Counted from the stretch's first letter, positions 40,171 to 50,558 are shown. The stretch is 64,000 nucleotides of DNA from Bacteroidota bacterium (GCA_043811005.1 JBDRNO010000260.1:19579-83578), one strand, 5' to 3'. The notes: generated from the sequence alone by a model not told the origin. Numbers and translations: made by a program.

Positions 40171-41493
40171 ATGCTTCTAATTTACACTCCCAAAATAACC
40201 GCCCGCCACAGATACATCTTTAAATTGATCTTCCGGGATATTCTAAGCATTGATATTAGAATTACCGTTGATGCCGGTGAATTAAAGTCTTATGACGGTC
40301 CAAAGATCAACTATTCGCAAAACCCTGCTGGTACGGATGAGATATTCTTTTATTCAGCAAACCTGTTATCCGAAACAGGTATCAGCAAACAAAACATTAC
40401 TGTAATTGATTGGAAAGACGGTAAGGCAATTTATCCCATCCCTCACACAAGTGATGTGCAGGACAACTCAGCCCTTCCTTTCGATCCTTTCGCGGCAAGC
40501 TTTTATTTAGTGAGCCGCTACGAAGAATACCCGCATCATAGCAGCTACAGGCACAAACGTTTCTGTCCCGAAGAAAGTTTGGCTTACAAAAACGGATTTC
40601 TCTCCAAGCCGGTAATAAATATATGGGTTAGAGAGATAGCAGAAATCATCAAATCCAAATACCCTGAATTTGCTTTTCCTGCAAGATCATATCAATATAT
40701 CTCAACAATTGATATTGACAACGCCTACGCTTTTCTTGAAAAAGGCATTATGCGTACAATTGGTGGCTTTGCAAGGTCTGTCCTTTACTTAGACCTGTAC
40801 GAAGCCATAGATAGAATAAGAGTTCTTTCAGGACAGAAAAAAGACCCTTTTGATACTTATGAACTTCTTTTTCAAATCCAGCAGAAATATAACCTGAAAC
40901 CCATTTATTTCTTCCTGCTTGGCGACTATGGATATAAAGATAAGAACGTCCCGTATAAAAGTAAAAAATTACAATCCCTGATAAACTCGATAAATGAATA
41001 TGCTGAAGCAGGAATACATTTTTCTTATGGCTCGGGCAAAAATTCCGCTAAATTTAAAAATGAGGTCAACCGGCTGTCAGGGATATTAAATAAAGACATA
41101 ACAAAAAGCCGCCAACACTTTTTGCAGTTATATTTTCCAGATACTTACAGAAACCTGATAGACGTTGGTATTACAGACGATTATACAATGGGTTATGGTT
41201 CACATATTGGTTTCAGGGCAGGTATTTGCACCCAGTTTTATTTTTATGATCTGGGCTTAGAGCAAGAAACCAATCTGAAAATCCACCCGTTTGCAGTAAT
41301 GGACAGGACACTCAAAGATCATATAAAATTAGCTCCTGACAGGGTGGTTGCTCAAATAAAACAAATTATTGATGATGTAAAAAAAGTTGATGGAACCTTT
41401 ATCAGCTTATGGCACAATCAATCACTTTCCGGTTACAGAGAATGGGTCGGTTGGCGGGAAGTTTATGAGCAAATGGTATCTGTCTCTTGTTGA
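40171..41493 (+). CDS. hypothetical protein, possibly polysaccharide-deacetylase-like
   Basis: 440 aa. Weak resemblance to divergent polysaccharide deacetylase family proteins of Bacteroidota. No clean NodB motifs. Confidence 0.4.
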   Translation: MLLIYTPKITARHRYIFKLIFRDILSIDIRITVDAGELKSYDGPKINYSQNPAGTDEIFFYSANLLSETGISKQNITVIDWKDGKAIYPIPHTSDVQDNSALPFDPFAASFYLVSRYEEYPHHSSYRHKRFCPEESLAYKNGFLSKPVINIWVREIAEIIKSKYPEFAFPARSYQYISTIDIDNAYAFLEKGIMRTIGGFARSVLYLDLYEAIDRIRVLSGQKKDPFDTYELLFQIQQKYNLKPIYFFLLGDYGYKDKNVPYKSKKLQSLINSINEYAEAGIHFSYGSGKNSAKFKNEVNRLSGILNKDITKSRQHFLQLYFPDTYRNLIDVGITDDYTMGYGSHIGFRAGICTQFYFYDLGLEQETNLKIHPFAVMDRTLKDHIKLAPDRVVAQIKQIIDDVKKVDGTFISLWHNQSLSGYREWVGWREVYEQMVSVSC

Positions 41494-41497
41494 GCGC

Positions 41498-42268
41498 CTA
41501 AGCTTGTGTTTTATTCTTATCTTTTTCTTCCTTCTCTTTTTCATCCTCCCCACCACTGTATTTCTTATAAAACGCATTAACTTCCTCTTCAAGTTTACCA
41601 TCTAATTGAACTTCAAGAGGTGGGGGTGAAGGATATTGGGGGGTGGTGTCTGAAATAAGCCGGGAGGGTGTTTCTTTATATTTATTCACAATATTATTTA
41701 CCTGTGATAAAAGCATTTCATATTCCTTTTCATTAAGATCTATTCCGAAATCAAGTGTTTTGCTTCCATTGACCATTCTAAAAACCCCCTTTTCTCTCAA
41801 CTCTTTCCAACTCCAGTTGTCCAGCTTATTAACATAAAGATCTGTTGAACTATTCAGGTCTAAATATTTTTCTTTAGAAGTGTAAAGCCCGTAAAATTTT
41901 TTTTCACAAAAGCGATTATCTTTAACCTCAAATAGTTCCTCTCCAAACAGATGCCACAACCATTTTCTGGTAACCATCAAGAACGCAGCAACGGTTAATG
42001 CAATAGATACAGGGAATAGGGATGGAATCTCACTCATTCTGGTAAATACCAAATAAACTAAAAATATTCCGCCAGGGATCACCGCAACCAAAAAAAAAGT
42101 AAGAATACCATTACCAAGCCAATATTCACTTGATTTAATACTTATGCTCAACTTATCATCTCCCGCCTCCTGCGGGTTTGTGGAAGATGTATCAGTTATG
42201 ATTCTGTGGGTTTTGTTTAACATATTATGACTTCCCTTTTTCACTACTTCTAAAGCCGTGGATATCAT
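41498..42268 (-). CDS. hypothetical membrane protein (2 predicted TM helices, acidic/Lys-rich C-terminus)
   Basis: Hydrophobic segments at aa ~55-100. No recognised domain. Confidence 0.45.
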   Translation of the reverse strand: MISTALEVVKKGSHNMLNKTHRIITDTSSTNPQEAGDDKLSISIKSSEYWLGNGILTFFLVAVIPGGIFLVYLVFTRMSEIPSLFPVSIALTVAAFLMVTRKWLWHLFGEELFEVKDNRFCEKKFYGLYTSKEKYLDLNSSTDLYVNKLDNWSWKELREKGVFRMVNGSKTLDFGIDLNEKEYEMLLSQVNNIVNKYKETPSRLISDTTPQYPSPPPLEVQLDGKLEEEVNAFYKKYSGGEDEKEKEEKDKNKTQA

Positions 42269-42500
42269 CCATTCAAAATACTATCAGAATATTAAAAAAA
42301 ACAGTCGACTCTTTTACCAATTCCCGGCCGGAATTGACTGCTGTCATGGCATTAGGCCTGCTCCTATGCCTGCATAGGAACATAAATCATTGAAACATTA
42401 AAACTATCAAAAAAGAAAATTTTATATATAAAAATAAAATAAAGTTATTAACAAAATTTTATTAACCAAGAAATCAGAGGTTGTAAGAAAAAAGGAATGA

Positions 42501-43835
42501 TCAATCTGCAATCGTAACCTTTACACGTTTAATACGTCTTTGATCAACTGCTTCTATTGCGAACACAAAATTTTCAAAAGTAATTCTTTCATCCTTTTCA
42601 GGGATTTTGCCTACGAGTTCTAATATAAAACCTGCCAATGAATCAGAATCACCTTTAGCTTGCTCGAAGAAATTCCCTTCAATGCCTATAATTCTGCATA
42701 AATCATTGAGGGGTGTTTTTCCTTCAAAAACATAGTTTCTTTCATCTAATTTTGAATAAACCAGATCCCCGGTATCAAACTCATCACTTATTTCACCTAC
42801 AATTTCTTCAATGATATCTTCAAGTGTCACAATCCCGGAAGTTCCTCCATATTCATCAACCACAATAGCTAAATGAATCTTTTTTTCCTGAAACTCTTTC
42901 AACAAATTATCTATTTTTTTGTTTTCAGGAACAAAAAACGGGGAACTAATCAGGGACTGCCATCTGAAGTTTTCCTTTTCGCTGAGAAAGGGAAGCAGAT
43001 CTTTTATATATAAAATACCTGCAATGTTATCAAAATTTTCCTTGTAAACCGGGATTCGAGAAAAGCCGCAATCTAAAATTGTGGTTATCACCTTTTTGTA
43101 AGGGATTTCATAATCAATAGCTGTTATATCAACTCTTGCCTTCATAATTTGTTTAACATCTGTATTCCCAAACTCAACAATTCCTTTTAATATCTTATGC
43201 TCCTCTCTGAGTGCTTCTTCAGAAGTTATCTCAAGCACATCCGAAAGTTCATCAATTGAAATGCTATGAATTTTTTGCTCTATTTTTTTATGGATTATTG
43301 ATGTTGAAGAAATCAATAAGTTGCTTACAGGGCTCAGTATCTTATCCAAAAACAAGATAGGGTATGCCATAAATCCTGCGAGTTTAACAGCATGTTGTGT
43401 AGCATAAACTTTGGGGATCACTTCACCTATCATTAATATTAGAAAAGTTACAGCAATAACCTGAAGAACAAAGGCAAGTACCGGGTATTGAGAAAAATTG
43501 AATTGTTTTAAAGCTATGTATGTTGACAAAATAATTATTGCCACATTAACAAAATTATTGGTAATCAATATTGTCGCCAATAACTGTTTGGGTCTTTCTA
43601 AAAGGTCAAGGATTATCCTGCTCGACTTGTTTTCAGAATTTCTCAGCCATTCAAAATTAGAAGGATTAAGAGAGAAATAAGCCACCTCTGCTCCTGAAAT
43701 CAACGCTGAACAAATCAGCAACAAAATCATAGCTGATAAAGCAATAAGTATTCCCAATGAAAATGGCTGTAAGAAAAAATTTAATGTGGTGAAAATCATC
43801 CACGAATAAGGTTCACTACAATCGTTATCTTCCAA
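42501..43835 (-). CDS. HlyC/CorC-family transporter (DUF21 + CBS pair + CorC_HlyC), GldE-like
   Basis: 444 aa with N-terminal TM domain, a CBS pair and a CorC C-terminal domain. Located immediately downstream of ssb, as gldE is in Flavobacterium. Confidence 0.7.
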   Translation of the reverse strand: MEDNDCSEPYSWMIFTTLNFFLQPFSLGILIALSAMILLLICSALISGAEVAYFSLNPSNFEWLRNSENKSSRIILDLLERPKQLLATILITNNFVNVAIIILSTYIALKQFNFSQYPVLAFVLQVIAVTFLILMIGEVIPKVYATQHAVKLAGFMAYPILFLDKILSPVSNLLISSTSIIHKKIEQKIHSISIDELSDVLEITSEEALREEHKILKGIVEFGNTDVKQIMKARVDITAIDYEIPYKKVITTILDCGFSRIPVYKENFDNIAGILYIKDLLPFLSEKENFRWQSLISSPFFVPENKKIDNLLKEFQEKKIHLAIVVDEYGGTSGIVTLEDIIEEIVGEISDEFDTGDLVYSKLDERNYVFEGKTPLNDLCRIIGIEGNFFEQAKGDSDSLAGFILELVGKIPEKDERITFENFVFAIEAVDQRRIKRVKVTIAD

Positions 43836-43936
43836 AATGCAGGTTTAGGGTTAAATAAATGTAGTATAGTAGAGACGAGGCATCAGCCATCTGTCGGACA
43901 AATTGCCTCGTCTATAAAACTCCAAACAATAATAAT

Positions 43937-44359
43937 TTAGAATGGTAAATCATCTGTTTTGTTGTCCGTGGAAGTTAGGTCGGCTTCTTCGGCACCTGTC
44001 GGTGTATCAGTTGGTTCTCCTTCTCCCCTTTTTGTGCTCAACATGGTCATCTTATCGGCAATAACATCAGTGGTGTATCTTTTGTTGCCTTCCTTATCTT
44101 CCCACGAACGTGTTCTGAGTCGCCCTTCAATATATGCTTTATCTCCTTTATGAAGGTATTTTTCAGTAACTTCTGCTAATCCCCTCCAGAGAACTATATT
44201 ATGCCATTCTGTATGTTCTTTCTTCTCGCCATCCTTGCCTTTCCATGTTTCAGTTGTTGCCAAAGGAAACTTAGCAACAGGTACGCTGTTTTCGAGATAT
44301 TTTACCTCAGGATCTCTTCCCAAATTCCCGATTAAAATTACTTTATTTACTCCAGCCAT
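43937..44359 (-). CDS. ssb: single-stranded DNA-binding protein
   Basis: OB fold (…VILIGNLGRDPEVKY…) and acidic C-terminal tail …DDLPF. Confidence 0.92.
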   Translation of the reverse strand: MAGVNKVILIGNLGRDPEVKYLENSVPVAKFPLATTETWKGKDGEKKEHTEWHNIVLWRGLAEVTEKYLHKGDKAYIEGRLRTRSWEDKEGNKRYTTDVIADKMTMLSTKRGEGEPTDTPTGAEEADLTSTDNKTDDLPF

Positions 44360-44666
44360 AATTTAATAATTTTAGTTCCAGCCAACCAGAACAAGTTAAT
44401 AATTTAATTGATTACAATGATCGACAATCAATCATCAAGCAAAAATAAATATAATAAACAAAAAGGAGAAGGAAATTTTAATAAATGAAAACACGTGAAT
44501 TAATATTTTGGGTAGTGTTGTAAATTTAAGTATAAAAAACTTTTTCACAAATCATTGTTAAATTGCTCAATTACTCTATTGTTATATGGTTTTTCAACAA
44601 TGAAACAGTTGAACAATTATCATTACAATTTGTCCTTTAATGTTTAACACTACCATATTTTAATTT

Positions 44667-44695
44667 TTTGTTTCAATATATAAACAGTATCTTTG
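44667..44695 (+). promoter_or_regulatory. Bacteroidota sigma-A-type promoter for hup (−33 TTTG … −7 TAtcTTTG)
   Basis: TTTG at 44667-70 and TATCTTTG at 44688-95, 17 nt apart. This matches the −33/−7 architecture described for Bacteroides promoters. Confidence 0.4.
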
Positions 44696-44751
44696 CGACT
44701 GTTAATATATTAGTAATCCACTATATATCATAAGGATAATTAGAGAACAAT

Positions 44752-45051
44752 ATGACAAAAGCAGAAATTATTTCAGAAATAACCGAAAAAACCGGAATTG
44801 AAAAGGTTACCGTTAAAGTAGCTATTGAAGCATTTATGAATGAAATTAAAACTTCAATGATAAACGGGGAAAATGCCTATTTGAGAGGATTTGGAAGTTT
44901 TATAGTAAAAAAAAGGGCTGAAAAAACAGGTAGAAACATATCCAAGAATACAACAATTATTATTCCTGCACATTATGTGCCTGCTTTTAAACCTGCCAAA
45001 CATTTCGTTGAAAAATTAAGGAATAACACAGCTCTCTATATAGAGGAATAA
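44752..45051 (+). CDS. hup: HU-family DNA-binding protein
   Basis: 99-aa translation matches HU/IHF fold (…RGFGSF….R.ARTGRN…). Confidence 0.88.
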   Translation: MTKAEIISEITEKTGIEKVTVKVAIEAFMNEIKTSMINGENAYLRGFGSFIVKKRAEKTGRNISKNTTIIIPAHYVPAFKPAKHFVEKLRNNTALYIEE

Positions 45052-45133
45052 TACAGTAACGGAGAAGATACGTTCTCAAAGCTCAGATTAAAATTAACAT
45101 AATTAATTAAAATATATTTATCAAACATTTATT

Positions 45134-45226
45134 ATGCCAAGCGGTAAAAAGAGAAAGAGACATAAAATGGCTACCCACAAGCGTAAAAAACGCTTAAGAA
45201 AGAATAGACATAAGAAAAAACAGTAG
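45134..45226 (+). CDS. small highly basic protein, bS22-like (AURKAIP1/COX24-type ribosomal protein)
   Basis: Manual translation gives MPSGKKRKRHKMATHKRKKRLRKNRHKKKQ (30 aa). It resembles the KRxRMxKKKHRKLL core of bS22 known from mycobacterial and Flavobacterium ribosomes. Confidence 0.5.
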   Translation: MPSGKKRKRHKMATHKRKKRLRKNRHKKKQ

Positions 45227-45481
45227 TGTCCTCGCAAGTAGTACATCCCAATCCTTTATGGGCACTGTTTCTACAATTAATTCCGGGTTATTTTTTATTT
45301 TTGCTTTATCCTTCATAATCTTAACTGCAAGTCTTTTTGTGTTGTATCTCTTTTAACTCGTTTCTGCAAATTTCTCTGCTTCAAATTTTCCGTATCAGAA
45401 CTTGGCATTAAACCTGACTCAGCTTATCTGGCTTCCATTATGCTGATTAGCCAGATAAAGTCAGGATAAAAATATTTCAAT

Positions 45482-47032
45482 GTGAATAACCAGTTATTTA
45501 TTGATTCAACTCCCAAAGAGGTTGTTATTGCATTATTGGAAGATAATCAGTTAGTTGAGCTAAACAGGGATAAAAGTAATAACAAATTTGCCGTTGGTGA
45601 TCTGTATCTTGGTGTGGTAAAAAAAATCAGCTCAGGTCTTAACGCTGCATTTGTTGACATTGGCTATAAAAAAGATGCTTTTTTACATTATTTAGATTTA
45701 GGCCCTCATTATTATTCCTTTTCCAAATTTACAAAACACGCTTTATCTAATAAACAAAGCAGTTCTTTATTAGATAATTTCCATATAGAAAAAGAGTTGG
45801 ACAAAGGTGGTAAGATTTCCAGTACTTTATCCTCAAATCAACATGTATTGGTTCAGATTACAAAAGAACCTATTTCAACCAAGGGAGCGCGGATAAGTTC
45901 TGAAATCTCATTGGCTGGACGGTACCTGGTTCTTATCCCTTTTTCTGATAAAGTATCTATTTCGCAGAAGATAAGCAATATTGAGGAACGTAATCGTTTA
46001 AAGCGATTAATGCAAAGTATCAAACCGAAAAATTTTGGCATTATAATCCGGACAGTGGCAGAGAATAAAAAAGTAGCTGTTTTGGATAAAGACTTAAAAG
46101 ACCTTATCTCAAAATGGGATTCATGTTATGAGAAACTTAAGACTTCCAGACCGCCCCAAAAGGTGCTTGGGGAACTAGACAGGACATCTACCATGCTGAG
46201 GGATATACTCAATTCTACATTTAATAGTATTTATGTAAATAATGTTACTCTTTACGAGGAAGTTAAAAAATACATTCACACCATTGCACCTGACAAGGAA
46301 AAAATAGTTAAATCGTATAATGGAAAAACACCTATATTCGAGCATTTCGGTATAGATAAACAAATAAAAGCTCTGTTCGGAAAATACGTAAATTTGAAAA
46401 GCGGAGCTTATTTGGTCATAGAACACACCGAAGCGCTTCATGTTATAGATGTTAACAGCGGACGCAGCATTAACTCAAAAGAGAACCAGGAAGCCAATGC
46501 TTTGGCAGTAAATCTTGAGGCAGCTACTGAGATTGCCCTCCAGCTCAAACTCCGGGACATGGGTGGAATTATTGTCATTGACTTTATAGATATGTATTTG
46601 GCAGAAAACAGAAAAGCCCTTTACGAAAAGTTTAAGAATGCAATGCATCTTGACCGCGCTAAAAACAAAATTCTTCCACCAAGCAAATTCGGACTTATAC
46701 AACTTACACGCCAGCGGGTGCGCCCTGAAATGAATATTATTACCGTTGAAAAATGCCCAGCATGTGATGGCTCAGGAGAAATACAATCAAGTGTATTATT
46801 TATTGACAAAATTGAAAACAATATCAAGTATATTTTCCAGGTACAAAACGAACCCTCTTTAACTTTATGTGTACACCCTTTCATTTGGGCATATTTATCC
46901 AAAGGGCTTATGTCGGTTCAAAGAAAATGGTTTTTGAAATTCAGGAGGCGGATCAAGGTCAGGGCTGTCTCATCCTACCATTTTCTTGAATATCGCTTCT
47001 TTAATAAAAATGATGAGGAGATAAAGATGTAA
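45482..47032 (+). CDS. rng: ribonuclease E/G family (RNase G-sized)
   Basis: S1 domain followed by the RNase E/G catalytic domain. GTG start. Confidence 0.85.
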   Translation: MNNQLFIDSTPKEVVIALLEDNQLVELNRDKSNNKFAVGDLYLGVVKKISSGLNAAFVDIGYKKDAFLHYLDLGPHYYSFSKFTKHALSNKQSSSLLDNFHIEKELDKGGKISSTLSSNQHVLVQITKEPISTKGARISSEISLAGRYLVLIPFSDKVSISQKISNIEERNRLKRLMQSIKPKNFGIIIRTVAENKKVAVLDKDLKDLISKWDSCYEKLKTSRPPQKVLGELDRTSTMLRDILNSTFNSIYVNNVTLYEEVKKYIHTIAPDKEKIVKSYNGKTPIFEHFGIDKQIKALFGKYVNLKSGAYLVIEHTEALHVIDVNSGRSINSKENQEANALAVNLEAATEIALQLKLRDMGGIIVIDFIDMYLAENRKALYEKFKNAMHLDRAKNKILPPSKFGLIQLTRQRVRPEMNIITVEKCPACDGSGEIQSSVLFIDKIENNIKYIFQVQNEPSLTLCVHPFIWAYLSKGLMSVQRKWFLKFRRRIKVRAVSSYHFLEYRFFNKNDEEIKM

Positions 47033-47092
47033 TTTAATGTAAAGAAAAATTTGAAAACTATGTGTGTTTATAAATTATTTTCACCATCCACT

Positions 47093-48355
47093 TTATTTAA
47101 CTAACGCCCTATACTTATAAATAAGCGGTATCATTGATAAAAACAAAAATGCACCCAGTATCATATATGCATAAACAATATTGTCTGCTTCAAAGAAAAA
47201 AGGAATACTAAATAACCAGATAAACAATAACCTGAACAGAGTATTTATCATATTGAAAATACTTCCGGCCCTGCCAATAATATCATTGGGAATATGATTA
47301 AATAAATAAGTTATTCTCATTATTCGCGTCCCTGAATTACATAATCCCAGCAAGAAATAAGTTAAATAAAACAGCAGAATAATTGTATTGAATATATAAA
47401 AGAAATAAATAAATGCGGTTATGGCAATCATTACAATAATTCCCATTACGGGTGCAACCTTTTTGAAAATCCAACTTATTCCGACACCCGCTATTACTGC
47501 ACCAATAGCAAAACACATATCCGAAACAGCATAAACACCCGCACCTGCTTTTAAATGATTATTTATATAAACAGGGGTGAGAAAAAAAATTATTACTAAG
47601 ATGGTGATAAAAATTGCATAAGATGTGTTCCCGAAAATGAATAATAAAGGATTTCTTTTTAAATAATTCAATCCTGCTTTAAGACGATACCATACGTTGC
47701 CGGTTTCGGTTTCTCTCTTTGCAACAGGTTTGTATTTGAGAAAAAGTATCAGGATAAAAGCAATGAAATAGGTTATTGCGTCCATTAAAAATATTTCATG
47801 TAATTCCCATTTATTTATCTCAAATGGAAATTCTATCATGAACCCGATCATGTTTGTCTCTCCTTTCACTGTGCCGGAAAGAAGAACGGCAGCAATCCCT
47901 CCGGAGATCATGCTCGTTAACTGTCCCTGTATTTCAATATACGAAGTGATCTTGCCATAGTTTTTCCGTTCTGTGATTTCCTGGGCAAAAGCGTACAGGT
48001 TGGGATAATATACAGTAAAAATAAAGTATGTAGAAACAAAAACCATGGCTACAAGAAAAAGATGTATGCTTCCTGTATAATATCCCGTTAATGAGGATGT
48101 TAATAAAATCAGCCCTCCTACTATTGATAGCAATAAAAATATCTTATGCCTGTTATATTTGTCTATTAATGTTCCAACATAAAGGCCCCAAAAGAGGGTA
48201 AAGAATGTTACTATTCCATAAAGTACTCCGAAAAATGAAGCTTTGGCGAAAATATTTATAATATACCATGGAATCGCTATCATACTAATGCCCTGTGCAA
48301 AACCGGAAATTGTATTTGCCGTGAACAATAGATATATGGCTTTTTTGTTTATCAT
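47093..48355 (-). CDS. MFS transporter
   Basis: 420 aa, 12 predicted TM helices, MFS-like loops. Confidence 0.7.
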   Translation of the reverse strand: MINKKAIYLLFTANTISGFAQGISMIAIPWYIINIFAKASFFGVLYGIVTFFTLFWGLYVGTLIDKYNRHKIFLLLSIVGGLILLTSSLTGYYTGSIHLFLVAMVFVSTYFIFTVYYPNLYAFAQEITERKNYGKITSYIEIQGQLTSMISGGIAAVLLSGTVKGETNMIGFMIEFPFEINKWELHEIFLMDAITYFIAFILILFLKYKPVAKRETETGNVWYRLKAGLNYLKRNPLLFIFGNTSYAIFITILVIIFFLTPVYINNHLKAGAGVYAVSDMCFAIGAVIAGVGISWIFKKVAPVMGIIVMIAITAFIYFFYIFNTIILLFYLTYFLLGLCNSGTRIMRITYLFNHIPNDIIGRAGSIFNMINTLFRLLFIWLFSIPFFFEADNIVYAYMILGAFLFLSMIPLIYKYRALVK

Positions 48356-48473
48356 TTATTAATTATTGCGTACTTTGCGTTCTTGGCGAGCTTTGCGAGA
48401 GAAAAAAAAGTAAATTAATTTGTCTTGAGATTATTTAATTAATCTACAAGGTTCTGTTATTTTAAAAATGTGA

Positions 48474-48959
48474 ATGAGCAAATGTATGAATAACAAAAGC
48501 AATAAAATAACTACCCCAAAAAAAGCCCTTTCCAAAGCCCGGGAATACTGTGCTTACAGTGAGCGTTGCCAGCAGGAAATGAGAAATAAACTCTATGAAT
48601 GGGGATTAATTCCCGATGTAGTGGAGAGTATTATTGCTGAACTGATCATTGAAAATTTTATTAATGAAGAGCGTTATGCTAAAATGTTTGCAGGCGGAAA
48701 ATTCCGGATCAAAAAGTGGGGCAGGATAAAGATCAGGCAAAAGTTACAAGCAAAAAATATTTCTGAATATTGTATCAGGAAAGGGTTTGATGAGATTGAT
48801 GAGGCAGATTACATGAAAACCTTGAAAGAAATATCAGAAAAGAAAGCCAGATTAGTTAATGAAACTGACGAGTATATAAAAAGAGATAAAATTGCTAAAT
48901 ATATTATTAACAAAGGTTTTGAGCCGGAGATTGTGTGGAAGGTTTTAATAGGGGATTAA
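48474..48959 (+). CDS. recX: recombination regulator RecX
   Basis: RecX three-helix repeat pattern (…KALSKAREYCAYSERCQQEMRNKL…). Confidence 0.75.
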   Translation: MSKCMNNKSNKITTPKKALSKAREYCAYSERCQQEMRNKLYEWGLIPDVVESIIAELIIENFINEERYAKMFAGGKFRIKKWGRIKIRQKLQAKNISEYCIRKGFDEIDEADYMKTLKEISEKKARLVNETDEYIKRDKIAKYIINKGFEPEIVWKVLIGD

Positions 48960-49118
48960 TAGAATTTGCGTTTTTTTTAATTCATAACCTGAACTATTTT
49001 TTTTATTTTTGTGATAATTTATATTTACTTAATTTTTCCCATTTATATACACATTGAGATAATTTCAATTTATTAAACTAAATCAACCAACCAAATTACA
49101 AAATAACCAAATCGCAAA

Positions 49119-50229
49119 ATGATCACCCCCGACCAGCTCAACGACCTAAAGGAACGCCTGGCTGCGCTAAGGAGGCATCTTTGACATTGCCGTCAAGCTA
49201 AAACAGATTGCCGAAGAAGAACAGCAAAGCCAGGCAGTAGATTTCTGGAATGATCCTAAGAAAGCCGAACTGTTCCTCAAACAGAGAAGCAATAAAAAAA
49301 TTTGGACATCTGCATTTAATAAAACCAATAGCAGTCTGGAGGATCTTCTTGTGCTTTACGATTTCTTCAAAACGGGTGAGGCTTCCGAACAGGAAATGGT
49401 TGAACAATACAATATATCCCTGAAACTTATTGAAGATCTGGAATTCAAGAACATGCTTTCAAGTGAGGAAGACCGTCTCAATGCTATACTGGAGATAAAC
49501 TCCGGTGCAGGCGGCACCGAGAGTCAGGACTGGGCAGAAATATTGATGCGTATGTATATCATGTGGGGTGAGAAGAACAATTTTGTTGTGAAACAAGTGA
49601 ATCATCAATCCGGTGAAGGGGCGGGAATAAAATCAGCTACATTAGAAATTGAAGGGGATTTTGCTTATGGATACCTGAAAAGTGAGAATGGTGTCCACCG
49701 GTTAGTGCGCATCTCCCCTTTTGATGCCAATAAAAAACGCCACACCTCCTTTGCATCGGTGTTTGCTTTCCCGCTTATTGATGATTCAATTGAAATAGAA
49801 ATTAACCCCTCTGATATTACATGGGACACTTTCAGATCCGGCGGTGCAGGCGGGCAATCTGTTAATAAATTGGAAACTGCTGTACGTCTAAAGCACGAAC
49901 CATCAGGGATTATCATTGAAAACTCGGAAACAAGATCACAGCTTGATAATAAGAATAGGGCAATGCACCTTCTCAAATCACGATTATATGAGCTTGAACT
50001 GAGAAAACGCCAACAGGAGAAGAAAAAGATTGAAAGCAGCAAGAAAAAGATAGAGTGGGGGTCACAGATCCGGAATTATGTGATACACCCCTATAAAATG
50101 GTGAAAGACCTGCGGACAGGAGTGGAAACATCAAACGTGCAGGCAGTTTTAGATGGAGATATTGATAGATTTATCAAGGCATATCTGATGGAATTCGGGC
50201 ATAATCGAATTAATCCCGATAATTCCTAG
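49119..50229 (+). CDS. prfB: peptide chain release factor 2, expressed via programmed +1 ribosomal frameshift (join 49119..49181, 49183..50229)
   Basis: ORF1 [21 protein letters not shown]-stop contains the canonical site AGGAGG-CAT-CTT-TGA-C (internal SD plus CUU UGA C). The +1 frame continues [12 protein letters not shown]… into the 292-aa ORF carrying the SPF and GGQ motifs (…[12 protein letters not shown]…). Confidence 0.92.
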
Positions 50230-50558
50230 CGTAACGAAGCTACAAACAAATTTCTTTACATGAAAATTTCCAAATATTGATCTTGTAAATGCGAAACTTC
50301 CGTTAAGACATGACTTATATCATTCCTGTTTTTATATAGAAATTAATACTTTTGTACTATATCTAACAATAAACTTTATCTATTAACTTATACTGTGAAC
50401 GGGATAAATTTCCGCATAACTAATACTCTGCCATGCCTGCTGCAGGAAGGTACCGAGGAATGTACAGACGCCCAAATTGGGCGTCTCTGCCATTCCTAAA
50501 TTACCAGGATAGAAATGCAGCAATTTATCCAGTTTCATGTATAATAAATTTACTAAAA

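Noticed and set aside
43959-44153. 64-aa + strand ORF opposite ssb.
   Set aside because: Antisense to a strongly supported ssb CDS.
50433-50558. N-terminal 42-aa extension of the fumC ORF in the ORF track.
   Set aside because: The extension runs through a GC-rich palindrome and has no fumarase homology. The conserved fumC N-terminus begins at [13 protein letters not shown] (50559).
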